From the IMG/VR virus record IMGVR_UViG_2609459856_000007, positions 1-64,000 of that record: DNA of 64,000 nucleotides. The stretch is one strand, 5' to 3'. The translations under genes and the position numbers were made by a program. The notes under the pieces are model-generated. The model searched no databases. It worked only from the letters and a program-made list of their open reading frames with translations, and was not told the origin of the DNA. The first letter of the stretch is position 1. Every line of letters starts with the position of its first letter. Of the stretch, positions 24,661 to 33,728 are shown one piece after another. Origin of the DNA: a virus. Taxonomy: Duplodnaviria > Heunggongvirae > Uroviricota > Caudoviricetes.

Positions 24661-25284
24661 ACTGAGCGGGAGAAACCCGGAATCGCGCCAGAAATTGCGT
24701 AGCGGCGCTGGGGTAGCGCTGGTGGGGTTTCAGCCCCTGGGCCATCCAGATAGCTTTCGCTATGTGATTATGTGAATCCGTGGGTAAATCACTGTAAGCG
24801 CGTACACGTTGCCCAACGTGGCAATCATATGCGAGCGGATACAAAACAACACAAAGAGCCGATCCGCGCCGACAAATAAACGCGGATCACATAGCAAGAC
24901 TAAAAGCCAATGATTAACTATACTCTATAGCGCAATATAACGCGTTTTAAGCGCGTTAATGTGTTAAGTAATGGGTATATACTGACAAGGATATAAAAGC
25001 GCGTCTATGGCGTTATTTTGGTGCTTATTTTTATGTTGTTGGAGTGAGTTAAAGACAATAAAAAACGCGCCAATGATGGTGCGTTATGGTGGGAGTATTG
25101 GAAACGAAAAAAGCGCCCATGGGGGGCGCTCGATTTTATTTGTGTAAACTAATTTTGAATCCCATTTCTACAAACGCTTTTAACATTAAAAATATATCAG
25201 CGTCGTTCACGTCTGCTTTTTTTCGCTCCTGGTCGTTCAATAAGTCAATTTTGCGCGTTGTTTCATTTATAAACTCGACTGCGC

Positions 25285-25311
25285 GCCCAGCGATCCCAGC
25301 GATCCCAGCGA
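25285..25311. repeat. perfect tandem repeat (CCCAGCGAT)x3
   Basis: Three contiguous 9-bp units. Confidence 0.8.
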
Positions 25312-25416
25312 TGCGATTAACATAATATTCATTATGGACGTTAACGCCAGCGATAAGAACAAACATGATTAAGCTCCTTAAAACTAGCTCCCATAGTGGG
25401 CGCTATATCCATCTAA

Positions 25417-26067
25417 TTACGCTTTGAAAGCATCAGCCAGATAGTTATAAAAATCATTTTTAACGAAGCGATATTGCTGTGATCCGTTTTTCGCTGCACC
25501 CATTCCTTTGATTTTTTCGACCAGTCCCAGACGTTCGCAAAGATTGATAAGCTGATTTGCTTGAGTGTATCCAGCGTCTAATTTTATTTCGTTGGCTTTT
25601 TTCGCTTCATTCATTAAATCGAAAACAGCGCCATTAGTGAACGTGTCGATCTCGTCGTTAATCATATCGATTAACGCGAATACACGAGATCCGGACATAT
25701 CAGCGACGGAATAAACGCATTTACCAGATTTAATTGATTTAACCAGATAAACCAGTTTTTCCAGAGAATAACTATTTGTCATAGCTTCGCGGAAAAACAC
25801 TTCTGGCGCTTGTTTGCTTGCTTTAATCGCGTAGTAAAAGACACCAGCTAATTTCTCATCATTAACAGCGTTTAAAACGTTGTTGGTGAAGTATGCTAGT
25901 TTGGTAGACGCTGCAAGCATGTTGGCTTTATCCGCTTTTGTGTGCGTACCATTCTGATAATGATTGTTATAAGTCTGAGTAGCGTTGTTGGCTGCAACTT
26001 GTAACTCATTAGCGATAACCACAGCAGCGTCGACGATGGTTTTTTTAGAAATGGTAACGTTAGACAT
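25417..26067 (-). CDS. hypothetical protein (216 aa from ATG 26067)
   Basis: Track ORF 25417-26202; internal ATG at 26067 has an AAGGA ribosome-binding site. Confidence 0.5.
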   Translation of the reverse strand: MSNVTISKKTIVDAAVVIANELQVAANNATQTYNNHYQNGTHTKADKANMLAASTKLAYFTNNVLNAVNDEKLAGVFYYAIKASKQAPEVFFREAMTNSYSLEKLVYLVKSIKSGKCVYSVADMSGSRVFALIDMINDEIDTFTNGAVFDLMNEAKKANEIKLDAGYTQANQLINLCERLGLVEKIKGMGAAKNGSQQYRFVKNDFYNYLADAFKA

Positions 26068-26381
26068 GATGTTAATCCTTAATAAGAGTAAAAATAAAAT
26101 TCTTGTATCGTTAGCGTGTTCGCTTTCGATGTGAGTAATTATCGATATGCAGAAATTAAAATCAAGAGTTTTTTTACGCGGGAACGAAAAATTTTTATTC
26201 AATAAAAATCAGAGTCTTAGAAATAAAACGCGTTTTCTCGAAGGTGTTGCCTAAATAAATTCCCTATTCGGTCAATCACCCTTATATATTTAAAGTGGAA
26301 TCGGGGTTAGGGAAAATAAATATAACGGGAAGTGACACATAAAATAATAACCGGACTTAGCCGGTTATCACCCTTATAGAT

Positions 26382-26906
26382 TTAAAACGGTAAAATCCGT
26401 TCGACCCAATCGAAGAGAACTATCGTTCGTCCGCGCTCGCCAACTCTCATTGCGACCTGACAGGCATCAACGCCTAACGAACACCCCTCAATTTCACGGC
26501 CATCCGCCATGTAGACCCTTATAGACTTTTGCGCCTCATGAGCTTGACGACAAATTTTGAAGAAATCGCGGCGTGATGGCCGATTGTCCACATAGTCAGG
26601 GTGTACAGTGAGCCTACCTGTAAACATCTTGTCCACTTCGACAGGTGTAATTGTTTCTATGGTGCTAACTCGCTCCAATGGAAGACGAACACGATGTTCT
26701 TTACTTCCTATAACGGGAGAAAGATCTAGCTTATTGCGTGCGGTAAGCAGACCAATAACGTAAAGACAAAACGTCTGACCATCATCGATCGTGACCCTTA
26801 CAGGTATATTCCTTGCCCGTAGGAACTGCAAACTAAACTCCACGTTAGAGTAGTCGCGGGGCCAGACCTCTGCTGGGATGCCGTATGTAATGTCTGTGAT
26901 CGTCAT
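26382..26906 (-). CDS. hypothetical protein (174 aa)
   Basis: ORF; start overlaps the upstream gene's stop (ATGA at 26906). Confidence 0.5.
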   Translation of the reverse strand: MTITDITYGIPAEVWPRDYSNVEFSLQFLRARNIPVRVTIDDGQTFCLYVIGLLTARNKLDLSPVIGSKEHRVRLPLERVSTIETITPVEVDKMFTGRLTVHPDYVDNRPSRRDFFKICRQAHEAQKSIRVYMADGREIEGCSLGVDACQVAMRVGERGRTIVLFDWVERILPF

Positions 26907-27496
26907 TAGTCTACCTTAAGTGGCGTGTCGAGAAGCCCAAACTTAAACTGCTTGCTACCTGCCACGAGGAAGGGGGCTTCGATGTAAATGGTTTTGTTGT
27001 CGATATCTGATTTTGCGGTCTTTTTGATGTCTTTTAGAAGCCTAATTGTTGCTGCGTTGTCCAGAACAAGTACTTTGCCGGTCGCATCATTGCCGATTTT
27101 GCCGTATGTCGTGAACGATTCATTACTGCCAACGCGGATATGAATCGGGCAACCGCTCTTGGCGATCTCATCACAGTACATAGTTCCATCAATCACATTT
27201 AGTAGACCGTAGGTTGGAACAAGAGCCTTGCCAGAGTTGGTGCTTGTTCCTTCTTTGACAGCTGTACCCATGATTTGAAGGCGCATATGTTCTGATTCAC
27301 CGGAAATCAGTGTTTCTTCCGCGTTATCGGAATACCTGAACCATACAGGTTGAACTGTTCCTCTGGCCTCGTATTTTACATTGTCTAGGGTAGTGAACTT
27401 GCTGTACGTTTTTTGCATGTCAGCAACCATATCTGACACTGCATTGGCAGAGAATGATAGAATATAGGTGGTTACTAAGATGGCTAAACGAGTCAT
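26906..27496 (-). CDS. predicted secreted/periplasmic protein (196 aa)
   Basis: N-terminal signal-peptide-like segment MTRLAILVTTYILSFSANA. Confidence 0.5.
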   Translation of the reverse strand: MTRLAILVTTYILSFSANAVSDMVADMQKTYSKFTTLDNVKYEARGTVQPVWFRYSDNAEETLISGESEHMRLQIMGTAVKEGTSTNSGKALVPTYGLLNVIDGTMYCDEIAKSGCPIHIRVGSNESFTTYGKIGNDATGKVLVLDNAATIRLLKDIKKTAKSDIDNKTIYIEAPFLVAGSKQFKFGLLDTPLKVD

Positions 27497-27793
27497 TCTG
27501 ACCTCAAATTAACGATATGCTATTTCCAACAGAAGATGCTGCTTATAAACGCCTCAAGATGAAATCTGAATAATTTGTCTTTGAAAAACTTTCTCGCCAT
27601 GAGTGATTTTACGCTCTAGCGAATTAAGAATTTCGTTAATGGAAATATTCATCCACCACCTCTGGCTCAAATTCCTCGGTTGTGAAGCCTACAAATATTC
27701 GTCAACCGATCAAGAATTTTTTTTCAGCCGGAGGCGTGCGAAAGTGTGATATAAATCACATGCTGACATCTACAGACGCCAGCATGTTGATGA

Positions 27794-28333
27794 TTATTTG
27801 TCCAGCACTTTGTACTTGTTCGTAATCAAACGCTCACCCTTTCTGGTAACTGTAAAACCAAACGGCGCTTTGCTGTTTTTACGTAACACGCTTTCAGCGA
27901 GCGCTTCATCGGTAGGTTGTATAGTTGAATTGTCTATCCAGTCGATGAGGGTAAGAAAGTTTAAAAGTTTCATGCTCGTGACGCCCATCTTACAGGCTAT
28001 GTCACGGACGGTACGAATCTGCCTGCATTTTGTTTCATGTGCTGCGATAGGTGTCTTTGAATTGTTTGGTGTCAGTAACGTATCCAGTGTATTAAAGAAC
28101 CCCCTTGCGGATTCAGACTTAATAAGACCTGAGTCGCTCATATCACACGCGATACGGTACAGAATATTGCTGTTGTTCATGAAGGGATAGTTCTCAACGA
28201 ATCTGACGAATGCTTGTGCATTTTTCTCTCCGCATTTGTAATCCAGCGGATTATCTACGCGCCAGAAAAATGCACTGTTGTTTTTTGCGTCAAAGATATC
28301 AACAAATGGTAGTTCAGCTAAATAGTTCATCAT
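27794..28333 (-). CDS. hypothetical protein (179 aa)
   Basis: ORF in the minus-strand operon downstream of the helicase. Confidence 0.45.
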   Translation of the reverse strand: MMNYLAELPFVDIFDAKNNSAFFWRVDNPLDYKCGEKNAQAFVRFVENYPFMNNSNILYRIACDMSDSGLIKSESARGFFNTLDTLLTPNNSKTPIAAHETKCRQIRTVRDIACKMGVTSMKLLNFLTLIDWIDNSTIQPTDEALAESVLRKNSKAPFGFTVTRKGERLITNKYKVLDK

Positions 28334-28395
28334 GTGCTCCTTTGTAACTTGACGAGCACATGATGAACTACGAAATAAGGGGAAAAAGTGGAAGA

Positions 28396-28674
28396 TTACG
28401 GCAGCCGTTTGAGAATATCGGCCAGATCTTCTTTGGTCATACCCGAGTTTTCGTAAATCTTCATGACCTTTTCACGAGCCTTTGCAGTAGTCTCTAATGA
28501 CGTAGCTATCTTATCAAAATCACCCATCGTCATATTGGACAGCACCAGATTGATGATGTCTGCCTTTGACAGTTTTATGCTGCGTTCACGCAGTCGATTC
28601 TGAAAGGTCTCTAGTTTATCGTTTGCTTTTTCGGTTAACTGAACCTGGCAGTGTATAGCGCGTTTCTCGCTCAT
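28396..28674 (-). CDS. small hypothetical protein (92 aa)
   Basis: ORF immediately downstream of the helicase (2-nt gap). Confidence 0.45.
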   Translation of the reverse strand: MSEKRAIHCQVQLTEKANDKLETFQNRLRERSIKLSKADIINLVLSNMTMGDFDKIATSLETTAKAREKVMKIYENSGMTKEDLADILKRLP

Positions 28675-28676
28675 GC

Positions 28677-30236
28677 TTACTCTCTATTTAAAACAGTGAA
28701 ATCGAATGTGCTGCCAACCGGCAAGACCCCCTCGGCAAACCCAGGCGTCGTGTCGATAATGTGTTTCCGCTCATATGAATGCGACATGAGGTATTTGTTG
28801 CTCACGTCGATGAAGTCGGTAATAAAGCACACGTTAGCCTGATTCTTTTTGGCTCGAAGACCGCGACCCACACGTTGACGCATCTCCACTTCGGCTTTGC
28901 CGCCACCACCCAGAATCACCGCGCCTACGCTTGGAACGTCGACACCAACATCCAGAATGGTTGAACCAATGAGAACATCTATCTTGCCTGCCGCCAGACT
29001 ATTAAGTTTTGCTTGTCGGGTAGTCTGGTTTGATTCTCCGTAGATGAAATCGACCTTGAGGCCACTCTCTTTCATCATTTCCATCAAGATCTGACCATGA
29101 CGCTTCAGACGAACCAATGTCATACAGTTCAGACCGTGACTCTTGTACATTAGCGCTTCACGCACAATAGCTTCGTTGCGGCCCAGATTATAGACGATGC
29201 CTAACTGATAGGCTTTCTGGTAAGCCGTGCTCATTCCAACCCGAAAATTCAGGTGTTTTGAAGCAAGTTCGGCTCTAATCCGCGCCTCATCTGGAGTGTA
29301 CGCGATTTTATGATATAAAAAGTATGGTTTCGCTAAAATACCTCTGTCGATCAAATATTTCTCCGTTACTTTTATCTCGATGCGACCCGCAACGGCCATG
29401 AGACGCATATTTGCTTCAGTCGAGTCCTTCATGAACGGCGTTGCTGTCAGCGCCAGACGGTAGTCGGCATTGATGCACAACCGGGCGATGTCGTAGAAGT
29501 TAGAACCAGATGATTCGTGTGCCTCTTCCAGAATCAGCAGAGAAACGCTGGACAGGAAGCGTTTAACCAGTTCCCGGCGCTTCAGGTGGTACTGTTTTTT
29601 CTCCGGTGATGCGTCGCGCGGTGGCTCTTCGAGAAAACTGGCCAGGGTCTGCACCGTGGCAACGTTGATATGGCGCGAGACCTGGAACTCACCCGATCCA
29701 ATCACCCCAACTCTCTGACCTTTCAGCCACGGCTCGCCATTCTCCGCGCGGTAGTCGATGGATTTCTGGAAGTTCTCTGCCATCTGGAACATCAGAACCG
29801 ATCGCGTGGTTAAAAACAGCGTCATACGACCAATGCGAGCAGCAGCCTTACACGCTACGTTCGATTTACCGCCACCCGTCGCAATCTGGGCAATCATCAT
29901 CCCTTCGCGCACCAGTGTTTCCACTGTCTGATCCTGATACGCGTAGTCCGGGTTATACGGGAATGGGTTAACCACCGGATTCGGCTTACCCAGCGCGGGA
30001 GCTTTTTCCTTGCGAACATGCACGCATTTGATGCCAGCTTTCAGAAGATTGGTCGCAACTGGCTTCGCAAACCCAGCCGGGAACGCGTTTTTACTCCAGT
30101 TGAACATCGTGCTGGTCCCTTTCCAGTCACCAGCCTCCACTTCATAGCTCAACATCTCCTGAACAAGCCGTTTCACGTTGTCATCAGCGCCAGAAATCAG
30201 CGCATTGACTGCATTTGATACAATCCGAACAGTCAT
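28677..30236 (-). CDS. SF2 DEAD/DEAH-box family helicase
   Basis: Motifs GGGKS (Walker A), LEEAHE (DEAH-like), TATP, QRVGRGLR. Confidence 0.8.
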   Translation of the reverse strand: MTVRIVSNAVNALISGADDNVKRLVQEMLSYEVEAGDWKGTSTMFNWSKNAFPAGFAKPVATNLLKAGIKCVHVRKEKAPALGKPNPVVNPFPYNPDYAYQDQTVETLVREGMMIAQIATGGGKSNVACKAAARIGRMTLFLTTRSVLMFQMAENFQKSIDYRAENGEPWLKGQRVGVIGSGEFQVSRHINVATVQTLASFLEEPPRDASPEKKQYHLKRRELVKRFLSSVSLLILEEAHESSGSNFYDIARLCINADYRLALTATPFMKDSTEANMRLMAVAGRIEIKVTEKYLIDRGILAKPYFLYHKIAYTPDEARIRAELASKHLNFRVGMSTAYQKAYQLGIVYNLGRNEAIVREALMYKSHGLNCMTLVRLKRHGQILMEMMKESGLKVDFIYGESNQTTRQAKLNSLAAGKIDVLIGSTILDVGVDVPSVGAVILGGGGKAEVEMRQRVGRGLRAKKNQANVCFITDFIDVSNKYLMSHSYERKHIIDTTPGFAEGVLPVGSTFDFTVLNRE

Positions 30237-30300
30237 AAACCTCTTTCCTTCGTGCCTTTTGTATGGTAATTGGCTATTATGTTAAGTAAGTGCTTACACA

Positions 30301-30999
30301 ATGTATTGTATCAAAAATATGGATGTGAAAATTACGATTCTACAGGTGGAAGTCGCGAACCTGCGTCCGAACCCCTGGAATACCAACTCCGTTGGGGCGC
30401 AAAACTTCGAAAAACTGAAAGGTTCCATCGAAAAGTTGGGCTTTTTTAAGCCAATTCTGGCGCGAGAGCTGGACGGCGGCATTTTTGAGATTCTCGGTGG
30501 CGAACATCGCTGGCGTGCCGCGATGGAGCAGGGCATTTCAACGGTTCCCGTCATCTCCGTGGGCAAAATTAACGACCTGGTGGCCAAACAGATGTCCCTC
30601 GTCGACAACGAGCGCTACGGCGAAGACGATCAGGTCGCTTTGCAGCGCTTAATCGAAGAAATCCAGTCTGAAATCGACTACCGGTTGTCCGATATCGCCC
30701 CGTATGACGACGAAATGGCGGCAACACTCGCCAAAGCGTCCGTTATCGATCTTGAAGCGCTGGAAGCGCTCTCCCGTGGCGATGACGAGCCGGTCGATGA
30801 GGACAAACGCGAGAAAACCGAGCGAGTCGGCGCTGAACACCAGACGATGCGCTTCAAGGTGACGTTTGATGCGTCAGATCGGGTCGCCGACACCATCAAA
30901 ACCATCATCAAAGAGCAGGGAATCAATACCGGTAACGAAATGGAGAACGCCGGGGAAGCCCTGGTGTGGCTGGTCGACTACTACAAGGAGCGTATGTAA
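30301..30999 (+). CDS. ParB-like nuclease (ParB/Srx N-terminal) domain protein with acidic C-terminal region
   Basis: ParB-box-like LGGEHRWRAA; 232 aa. Confidence 0.65.
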   Translation: MYCIKNMDVKITILQVEVANLRPNPWNTNSVGAQNFEKLKGSIEKLGFFKPILARELDGGIFEILGGEHRWRAAMEQGISTVPVISVGKINDLVAKQMSLVDNERYGEDDQVALQRLIEEIQSEIDYRLSDIAPYDDEMAATLAKASVIDLEALEALSRGDDEPVDEDKREKTERVGAEHQTMRFKVTFDASDRVADTIKTIIKEQGINTGNEMENAGEALVWLVDYYKERM

Positions 31000-31667
31000 T
31001 GACCAAAAACTTTGAAATCGTCTATCGAAACCCGGCAGAACTCATCCCGTATGAGATGAACGCCAAAAAACATGACGAACAGCAGATCCGCGATCTGGCG
31101 GCCGCCATCAAAAAGCGCGGTTTTGACCAGCCGATCACGGTCGACAAGCACGACGTCATCATTACTGGCCACGGTCGTCGCGAGGCGGCTCTTCTGGCTG
31201 GTCTGGAGCGTGTGCCGGTCATTGTTCGCGACGATCTGAGCGAAGAAGAAGTGAAGGCTAAGCGTCTGGAAGACAACCGCCTGGCCAGTATTGACTACGA
31301 CGCCATCAAATTGCAGCAGGAACTGGAATCCCTGGTGCTGGGCGACGTCGAGGTCTTCGGTTTTGAAGAGCGCGAGCTGAACGTGCTTGTCGGCAGCATG
31401 ACCGAAGAGATGGAAACCGGCTCTCTGGTGCTCGATCTGGGCGAAGAGACGGAGCGCCAGAAGGAAGAGCACACCGAGATCAGTCGCGAAGTGGCCTCTG
31501 AAGAAGTCCGCGTCATCGACGTATTGGGCTTTAAAACGCTCCCTGCTGGCTCTGCCATTGTGGTTGGGGATTTGCTTGCCCACATGGAAGAAATCACGGG
31601 AGAGAGCGGGGTAGACGCTTTCGTGGCGTATGCGGAGAAAGTTTCTTCTGGTGAGCTGGCCGCATGA
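30999..31667 (+). CDS. ParB-like domain protein, paralogous to the preceding gene
   Basis: ITGHGRREAA motif; ATG at 30999 with AAGGAG ribosome-binding site overlapping the upstream stop. Confidence 0.65.
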   Translation: MTKNFEIVYRNPAELIPYEMNAKKHDEQQIRDLAAAIKKRGFDQPITVDKHDVIITGHGRREAALLAGLERVPVIVRDDLSEEEVKAKRLEDNRLASIDYDAIKLQQELESLVLGDVEVFGFEERELNVLVGSMTEEMETGSLVLDLGEETERQKEEHTEISREVASEEVRVIDVLGFKTLPAGSAIVVGDLLAHMEEITGESGVDAFVAYAEKVSSGELAA

Positions 31668-32302
31668 GCAAATACACCATCAACGTATCGTTTCAGACCC
31701 GCGTGAACAAAACCACGCGCACGCTGGAGATTGCCGAATCGTTCGGTCTTGGCCTGGACGAAAAAGAGTGGACGCTTTACGACAATCTGGAGCTGGAAGT
31801 GAAGCAGGGCGATGTGGTGTACATCACCGGCCAATCCGGTTCCGGTAAATCCGTTGTGCTGCGCGAGCTGCAACGCCAGATGAAGGATGAAGGGCTTTCT
31901 GTAGCCTCCATCGATGACTTTGCCTTCGACAATGAGGTTAACGTCATTGACCAGCTGGGCAAAACCACCAGCGAAGCGCTGGGGCTGCTGTCTATGGCCG
32001 GATTGAATGACGCCTATCTCTTTGTGCGTAAGCCATCCGAGATGTCTGACGGCCAGAAATACCGTCTCAAGATCGCCAAGCTGATCGAGTCCGGCGCGAA
32101 AGTCTGGGCTGCCGACGAATTTGGCGCTGTTCTCGACCGTGTAACCGCCCAGGTTGTGGCGTCGAACCTCCAGCGTGCCGCCCGTAAGGTTGGTGCGACG
32201 GTAATGGTGGCGACGACCCACGAAGACCTGAAGAACGCGCTGCGCCCGGATATGCAGATCACCAAGCACTACAAAGAACGCGTGAAGGTGGAATATGCCT
32301 GA
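31664..32302 (+). CDS. compact ABC-type ATPase (nucleotide-binding domain only)
   Basis: Walker A GQSGSGKS, signature-like SDGQKYR, Walker B VWAADEF, H-loop TTHED; 212 aa. Confidence 0.65.
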   Translation: MSKYTINVSFQTRVNKTTRTLEIAESFGLGLDEKEWTLYDNLELEVKQGDVVYITGQSGSGKSVVLRELQRQMKDEGLSVASIDDFAFDNEVNVIDQLGKTTSEALGLLSMAGLNDAYLFVRKPSEMSDGQKYRLKIAKLIESGAKVWAADEFGAVLDRVTAQVVASNLQRAARKVGATVMVATTHEDLKNALRPDMQITKHYKERVKVEYA

Positions 32303-32549
32303 TTTGAAGATCGTAGAGCTGAAGCCATCGAAAGAGGCTGACAACAACAACGTTGAAGTCATCCGCCTGCTGGAAGAAGCACTCCAGTACGCCAGAGAAG
32401 GCAAAAGCCAGAGCCTGGCACTGCTGATGATCAACAACGACGGCAGTGTGCTGGATTGCTGGCATAACGGTGGGCGTCCATACGTCATGGTTGGGGCGAT
32501 GGAATCGCTTCGCCTGGACTTCATCAATGCCAATATCGAGCGTAGGTGA
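32295..32549 (+). CDS. small hypothetical protein (84 aa)
   Basis: Overlapping starts/stops with both flanking genes. Confidence 0.45.
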   Translation: MPDLKIVELKPSKEADNNNVEVIRLLEEALQYAREGKSQSLALLMINNDGSVLDCWHNGGRPYVMVGAMESLRLDFINANIERR

Positions 32550-33472
32550 TCGACATGACAGGCATCATCATCAAACGCTACCGCCCGGAAGAGTTCCCGC
32601 GTCATCTGGACTTTCTGGAGCGTATGACCGTTACCAAAGGCACGGTTGAAGACTGGCACGCGCTGAAGTCGCTGCACTACAAGACGGATGGTAAGCCGTT
32701 TGCGCCAACGTATTATCGCTGCGAACTGGACGACCGGCTGGTGGGCGTCGTGGTTATGGCTTACCCGAAACTGCTGCTGGCGCCTCGCCATCGCATGTTT
32801 CCTAAGCTGAAGCCAACCACCAATACCACCGTGGCCAACCAGTATTGGGGGCGGTACGTGAACAACAACTTTGCGGTGATCAGCCGTTCCGTTGTGGACA
32901 CTCAGTACCGCGGTGTCGGCGTCTCCTATCGAATGATTAACCTGGTTAGCAGGATGCACGACCGGCCAATCATCGAGATCCAGTCGTCGATGAGCAAATA
33001 CAACCCGTTCGCCATGAAAGCAGGGTTCCAGTTCATCCGTCCGGAGCGTCCGAAGAGCTATGAGAGTGCGTTGCGTGTCTTCCAGCGTCATTTCCGTTCC
33101 GACCCTGGCGACAACGAAGCGATCGTCAAAGAGCTGTTTGCCATGAGTGAGTCTCGCCGTCGTCGTGCGCTGCGTGATCTGGTCGCTGACTACCACAAGA
33201 ACAGTTCCCTGGCCAAAGCCGGGCGTAATCGTGGCACGACGATTCAGGACATTGCCGACAGCCTGGTGGACGAGGCCAGCATCGTGAAGCTGCTCAAGGA
33301 CATTCACAACCTGAGCTTCACGTCTCCGCTGTATGGCGTGTACCGAAACCCGGACTTTGGTCGTCAGCTGCCGGACACGCTGCCACTGCTGGCATTCGAC
33401 AAACAGCCTTTGAATAACCCTCTTGAAATTGCATTATCCGAAGAAGCCCCCGCCGATCGCAGACCGTGTTAA
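32546..33472 (+). CDS. GNAT-fold acetyltransferase-like N-terminal domain protein with uncharacterised C-terminal domain
   Basis: GNAT motif-A/B-like QYRGVGVSYRM and NPFAMKAGFQFI; 308 aa. Confidence 0.5.
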   Translation: MIDMTGIIIKRYRPEEFPRHLDFLERMTVTKGTVEDWHALKSLHYKTDGKPFAPTYYRCELDDRLVGVVVMAYPKLLLAPRHRMFPKLKPTTNTTVANQYWGRYVNNNFAVISRSVVDTQYRGVGVSYRMINLVSRMHDRPIIEIQSSMSKYNPFAMKAGFQFIRPERPKSYESALRVFQRHFRSDPGDNEAIVKELFAMSESRRRRALRDLVADYHKNSSLAKAGRNRGTTIQDIADSLVDEASIVKLLKDIHNLSFTSPLYGVYRNPDFGRQLPDTLPLLAFDKQPLNNPLEIALSEEAPADRRPC

Positions 33473-33695
33473 CGCAGTGAACCGCATGTTGATGAGTGCC
33501 TCGGGCGAAACCCGGTTGTACATCGATCCGAAGTGCAAACACCTCATCGACTCGCTGGAGAAGGTGATCTACAAGCCAGGCTCACGCGATATGGATAAGA
33601 CTGGCGGCATCGAACACAGTGCGGATGCGTTAGGTTATCCGGTTCATCGTAGGTATCCGGTGAAAAATCGTGTTATTCTTGGTGGATCTAGATAG
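33414..33695 (+). pseudogene. terminase large subunit, C-terminal ~70-aa remnant
   Basis: RLYIDPKCKHLIDSLEKVIY...DKTGGIEHSADALGY is typical of a TerL nuclease-domain C-terminus; only about 93 codons are open upstream-to-stop in this frame. Confidence 0.55.
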
Positions 33696-33728
33696 GTAAG
33701 TACTTACCTAATAGGAAAAGAAAATCAA

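Noticed and set aside
30981-31583. 200-aa minus-strand ORF antisense to the second ParB-like gene
   Set aside because: Same reasoning; the plus-strand gene has a ParB motif, an AAGGAG ribosome-binding site and a coupled start.
31295-33307. 670-aa ORF on the minus strand antisense to the ABC-ATPase / GNAT genes
   Set aside because: Low-complexity Arg/His/Ser-rich translation with no motifs, while the plus-strand genes carry clear Walker and GNAT motifs; typical antisense ORF in GC-rich, codon-biased DNA.
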